Shown here: positions 58,766 to 64,000 of the stretch, piece after piece
Layout of the letters: each line of letters starts with the position of its first letter
How positions within the stretch are numbered: the first letter of the stretch is position 1
Notes under the pieces: model-generated
What the model was told of the DNA's origin: nothing
Seen by the model: the letters and a program-made list of their open reading frames with translations, nothing else
Databases searched by the model: none
Assembly: GCF_009914755.1 (NCBI RefSeq)
Contig: NC_060926.1
Direction: 5' to 3' (one strand)
Origin: the human T2T-CHM13v2.0 reference genome, Homo sapiens
Length of the DNA stretch: 64,000 nucleotides
Position numbers and translations under genes: made by a program

Positions 58766-59339
58766 GATTATTTGGATCCCAGAGCCATTGTCACACATGA
58801 CCGAATGGAGGCTTGGGGCAGGAAATAGGTCCTAGGCCGGTTGAGTCTGAATTGGCCTGCTCCTGGGTGGGGAATGTCTTTCTCTTTCAAGCAATGACAA
58901 TAAACAAGAGGTATTTATCATCACCAATAAACAATCCCCCAAGAGGTACATTGGTTTGTGAACTTCTTTTTGGCACTAGAGACACTTTAAGTGCCATTTT
59001 TAGGGTATCTCAATAATTGACCATCAAATTCAAAGATCAGAGCTAAAAGCAAGCTAGAATAGCATTGCCGTCATTTTCTGATGGGATTTTTACTTTGTTT
59101 CATATTTTTTTAGACCATGTAGTGAAAACCACCTCAGAGAGGCTTCAGTTTGAACTTTTATCTGCCTGCTCCTGGACAATCTTTTTTTTTTTTTTTTTTA
59201 CACGGAGAAGGAGAGGCTATGAGAGGGAGAAGAATGAAATAATTACAGTTAATCTTCTCTTCAACTCCTGCAAGGAGTGTGTGCGCACAGGTGCATGCAT
59301 GCATGCATTTATGTCTGTGTCTTCCTCACTGGTATTTTC

Positions 59340-60370
59340 TATCTCAGTAAACCATATCACTTGCACAAGCCAGAAACCTGGGAAACCCCTGTGATGATTC
59401 TTTCTCCTTAATTTCCACAGCCAGTCAATCACTAAGTCTTATTAATTGATCCTCCTAAATATTTCCCCAGTCTGTTCATTTCCTTCCATCTTTTTGGCAC
59501 CCATCCTAGTCCAGGCCACCATGATCTCTCCTCCAGGTCACTGAGGAAGCCTCACTCCTGATCACCCTGCCTCCATTCTTGAAGTTTGATTGGGTTATTT
59601 TCCTGCTTCAAAGCCTTCACATTGGTCTTAGAATGAAGACCAAAGCCCTCTGTGCAGCTTAGGCATTCCTGACTGGGCCCAGCTTGGTAGCCCAGCTCAC
59701 CTCACCCACTTCTTCCCCTTGTGTCTGCCCTCCAGGCACATCACCCTTGGTCCTTCAGTCTTACCCAAGGCACAAATTCACAAAGGCACAATCCCTTGGG
59801 AAGGACTGCCAACAGATCCATCCAATGGGGGTGCTTAGCTGCGGGGACAAGTGGGACTGAGATCCACCCTGTCCAGCTAGCTGTGAGACCTGGACAGGGT
59901 GAATCTCAGTCCACCCTGAGCCACAGTGACTGAGAGGGGCCTTTTCCTGATTTATACAATGGTGTTATATGGGATAGTGGGAACTCTTAGTGCCAATGTC
60001 CCTTCCCATTTCAGAGCCTTTTGCTGTCTACTCTCCCTGAAGGGCCCTCGCTTAACTCATGCTCATGGTTTAAATCTCAACTCAGAGATCCCTTCCCTTA
60101 GAAAGTCTTTCTAATCCTCAAACCAGATTCCTTCCATGCTCACCTGTAGTCCCCCTCCAGAGCCCCCTCGACTACTTCTTCAAAGTATGCAGCTTGCAAC
60201 TATGTCATGATTGGGGTCATTATTTAATTAATGCCTACTGTCTACACTATAAGGTTCTGGAGAACAAAGACTGCACATATTTTATTTGCTTCTATCGCTT
60301 CAAGCACCTAAAACAGTACCAGACACATACTAGGCACTCAATAAATACTTGTCAAGTGAAGAATGAATCC
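59340..60370 (+). mobile_element. L2 fragments, including an L2 3' end
   Basis: acaagccagaaacctgggaa..catcctagtccaggccaccat..; taggcactcaataaatacttgtcaagtgaagaatgaat. Confidence 0.65.
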
Positions 60371-61809
60371 TTTTCATAGCATTTCCCTTGTAAACTCTCA
60401 CTATAATCTCACAATCTTTGCAAGACTCATACTTTCCTTATTCAGTCCTGGTCAGCACAGCTCTCCCTGGCTGTTCCTCCCACTACATCTCACTCTGTGG
60501 GGAGGAAAGTCCTCTGTACCATCAGTGTATATCTGTGGCAGTGTCTAGAACCTCTTGTTTTCTCACATACACACAGCTTTCCCCTCTGTCAAAACCAAGC
60601 CCCAAATTCACCTCCTTTGGGGAGGTCTCCAACTTCAATTTTCCCTCAAGTCATCACTTCTTCCCTCCTTCCTTTAGAACTAGATTTGCACTGGGAAGAC
60701 AGGAATTTGTTCTCATGCAGATGCCGTATTGAGAACATTTATCCTTTTTCATGTTCCTGGGCTGTCTTCATTTGGGAGGCTCACATTTCCTTTGTACTCT
60801 TAGCGTGTCATAGAGTTTTGTTCTCTACAGGTATCTTCTGACTGCTTACCTATGCACACTCTAGGTCTGGGCACCGGCTTTTTACCTCACCTGTAACAAG
60901 CTTCTCTACTCATTCTTTCTTGCCCTCTTTGAACACCCTTCAAGAAGCAGATTGGCCTGCAAAAACCCTCTTCTTGTCATTTCTATGTATATTTGTGTAC
61001 ATTTTTTGTATGTTTCTTCCTTTGTTCATTCATTCATTATAAATATATATTCCTCCTTCTTCCCCAGTAGAATCTGAGACAGCTTACAAGGTTGAATAAT
61101 AGCACATCAAGATAGTATAAGATAGAACTAACTGGGCAAGAAAAGGAAAAGCAAAGGCAAGGGGCATCAACTGGTACAAGCCTGAAGCTTCTGCTACTGT
61201 GCATTCCATAGAGTCTGTGCATCAGCAGAACGTGGGCTCTGAATTGGCTTGGGGCCAGCTAGTGGTTGCCTCGTAAAGAGAACAAATTTACAGCATCTCT
61301 AAAATAAAAATGCAAACTAATGATCAGGAGAAGAACAACTAGTCCTGATTCTAAGAGGCCACAGTGTGCAGAGATGAGTGTGGATCTCAGACCGCCTGGG
61401 TGTGGAGTTGGGGGGATGAGCCCCAGTTGGGCGTCAGTGTGTTCATTCCAGGACACCGCCCTGAGGTTCTCAACACAGGTGCATACTAGGATCACCAGGG
61501 AAGCCTTTTGAAAACACTGTTCAGAGGTCCATCTCAGACCAATTCAACAAGAATCTCTGGGAGTGGGACTGGGAAGCTCTATTTTTTATTTTGCAGCCTA
61601 AGTTGAGAGTTACCAATTTAGAAGAATGGACAGTCTGTGACTCTGGCATGTGCTCTTCCAGCTGAACTTCTAAAACTCTTTAGGCCTTGTCTCCGCTGGA
61701 ATAGTTATATAAAGATCAAGTTCTTTTACTTGACTCACTCCTCGATGCTAGCAACAGTATCTTACTCATTTTATATTCCAGCAACTTGCACAGTGCCTGG
61801 CACATAGTA

Positions 61810-62060
61810 AGACTGAAAGGATTTTACATTTTTATATTATATATAAAATATATGAAACAGTTTATAATTTATATAACATATGTGATATATTAAAAATTAT
61901 ATATAATTATAATGATGTAATTATATACTATATATTATCTATTAATAAAATAATTCATTCAATCTTACTATGTGTTTATGTATTCATACATATACACATG
62001 TACACACACATATTTGCTGGTATGTATAAAATTATGTACAAAAACATACAAAAAACTAAA
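61810..62060. repeat. AT-rich low-complexity tract
   Basis: Degenerate (TA)n-like sequence. Confidence 0.8.
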
Positions 62061-62574
62061 ATACCCCAATGAAAGATGAAACAAAAATGAACAAAATCAC
62101 AAAAATAACAAAAAATAGCTGACTATCTCTCAGGGTAATTTTATCCAAATGTTATCACCTGAACAAGTCTTCAGGTCGACATGTATATATTAGTCAATAT
62201 AATTTGCTTTTGTATTCCATTTTCATTCCCAAACATCAGCACAGGAAACAGTTAAGTTTAATCATTGCTTAGAAAAACTCAGTCTGTAATCCAAAATACA
62301 CAAAATAACATTTTTGACTTATTTTTATCAGCTATAGAATGTTACCTAGTGTGTTGCATCCTGTAGAGGCTTCATACGGGAGGTAAACTATCAACTTCAG
62401 GAATATAATAGTTTGAATTTTATTTATTCCTTTTACAAACACAGTTTTAACATTTGGGATTCATTTTGGAGACCCCTGATAAAATCTATGAACCCGATCT
62501 TCAGGAAAACACACATTCATACATATGCCCCCAAATCTGCATACAATTTCCTGGGTTTGTGCACCTTCCTTAGG

Positions 62575-62839
62575 TCAGGTTGTGGCAGGACACCTGTGTC
62601 CTCTACCAAAGGCCATAGCTCCTGTGGGTGGCCCTTGCCACACTTCTGTCCTCCCTGGGTTCTGGTAATTGCCCTGCTTCAGCCCTCTCGGATCAGGGCT
62701 GGTAACAGTTGTTTCCAGCTGCATCATCCCTTGTTGCTCCCTAAATCCTGCCCACCCCTTGTAAACAGTCCCTTCAGTAAGTTCTCTCGGTTCCCTGTTT
62801 AATTATGCCATCTGGTTCCTGCTGAGACCCAGTAATACA
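62575..62839 (+). mobile_element. ERVL LTR (LTR33-like) 3' part
   Basis: cctgcccaccccttgtaaacagtcccttc..tgccatctggttcctgctgagacccagtaataca resembles the LTR33 3' terminus. Confidence 0.6.
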
Positions 62840-64000
62840 GCCTCCAAAATACATCTGGGGACCAAAACCATTTTGAAAATCACTGACTTAAGGAACTGAA
62901 GTCATTCTATATGAAGATCTTTCAATTATGCATTTTTTAAATTGCAAAACAGAAGCTAATTCTTTAACTGGTAAAATACTTTTAAAAATATAATCTTCTG
63001 TACAAGAATGTATTCTTTTATTTAGAGATTCTCGTGAACTCTCCAGGGCCTGCAGCTTGAGAAACATGGTGCTCAACTTATTTTCCTAGCTGGCTGCTGG
63101 GCATCACATGTATGATAGAATTGAAAACTTGAGTAAAAGACAGATTAATGGCCTCTACTGTTTGCCTCCAAGCTACAAGTCCTGTCATCCTGTCATGGAA
63201 GGAAATTAAAATTGTCTGATACATACTGAGTTTCATAAAGCCACACTGTTCCTCTCCAGGATCCTGTGTGCCTCTAGATGTCTATACCATAGATTTTTTT
63301 TTTTTTTTTGAGGATTTGATCAACAACCTCCACCTCAGGGTTGGAGCTGTGTAAACTAATCTTTAATTGTTAAGATCTCCCTTTGTTCCTTTTAAAAATA
63401 AATGAATTATACATGTTTTTTTCTTTCGCAATCCTCCAGGACTTTCTCTGTCTTTTAATGATCCTAAAACTATAGCCAGTGACTCTGCAAACCACTGTCT
63501 CCTAAAATGAATAACTGGAAAAAAACTTACCATTTGCAGCCTGCTTCGTTATTCACTTCTCAATGATTTTCTCAATTTCTGATTTGTTTTTTCACTCCTC
63601 CCAAACAGAAGTCATTGAATCTAGAATCAATTTAACATTCGTTTTTCTAAAAAACTGAGCATAGCAGTTTTCACTTGAGAACAAGAGCCATTAAACCACT
63701 TTTTCCCCTTGAAACATTAAGCCTGATTTAAATATTTTTTTTATTAGTATAAAGTAGTTTAGAAATTCATTAGGCAAACAACTTAGACCAGTATCATATT
63801 TTGCAGAGGACTGGTCTAGAATTAACCTACCAAAAAGTAGTAATTTAGGGTTGTGTCTATTTTTCTAAATTTCTAATATTCTTGGAAAAGCTATTCCACC
63901 TATAGTAGCTTAATTGTTAACACCGTGAAGCACTGTGGATGTTCCAAGGTTACAGACATTATCTGGGTCATCAGATTTTGCCCATTCCTTGTTAAAACAG

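Overview
This is primate (human-type) genomic DNA containing the complete 7-exon coding region of UPP2 (uridine phosphorylase 2) on the + strand. The ATG is at 24875 and the TAG ends at 57684; 954 nt spliced gives 317 aa, and all introns are GT-AG with consistent phases. A TATA-box promoter lies at about 24650 and tandem poly(A) signals at about 58740-58930. The first ~17 kb is almost entirely retroelements, including a nested stack with clean target-site duplications (TSDs): an old L1MA hosting a near-full-length L1PB and an AluY, with an AluS and an L1PA inside the L1PB. A THE1 solo LTR sits in a second L1MA. The introns carry Alu, MIR, L2, MER5/MER58, MaLR LTR and microsatellite sequence. 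Nearly all short ORFs in the supplied track are repeat-derived or random. The most unusual structure is a 2.8-kb block in intron 2 (32605-35427) bounded by a perfect 17-bp TSD and a poly(A) tail. It reads as an L1PA 3' transduction with a twin-priming inversion whose breakpoint falls inside the transduced flank. I see no prokaryote-type systems (CRISPR, operons) and no new protein-coding gene. Repeat subfamily names and approximate boundaries are by-eye recognition, not database output.
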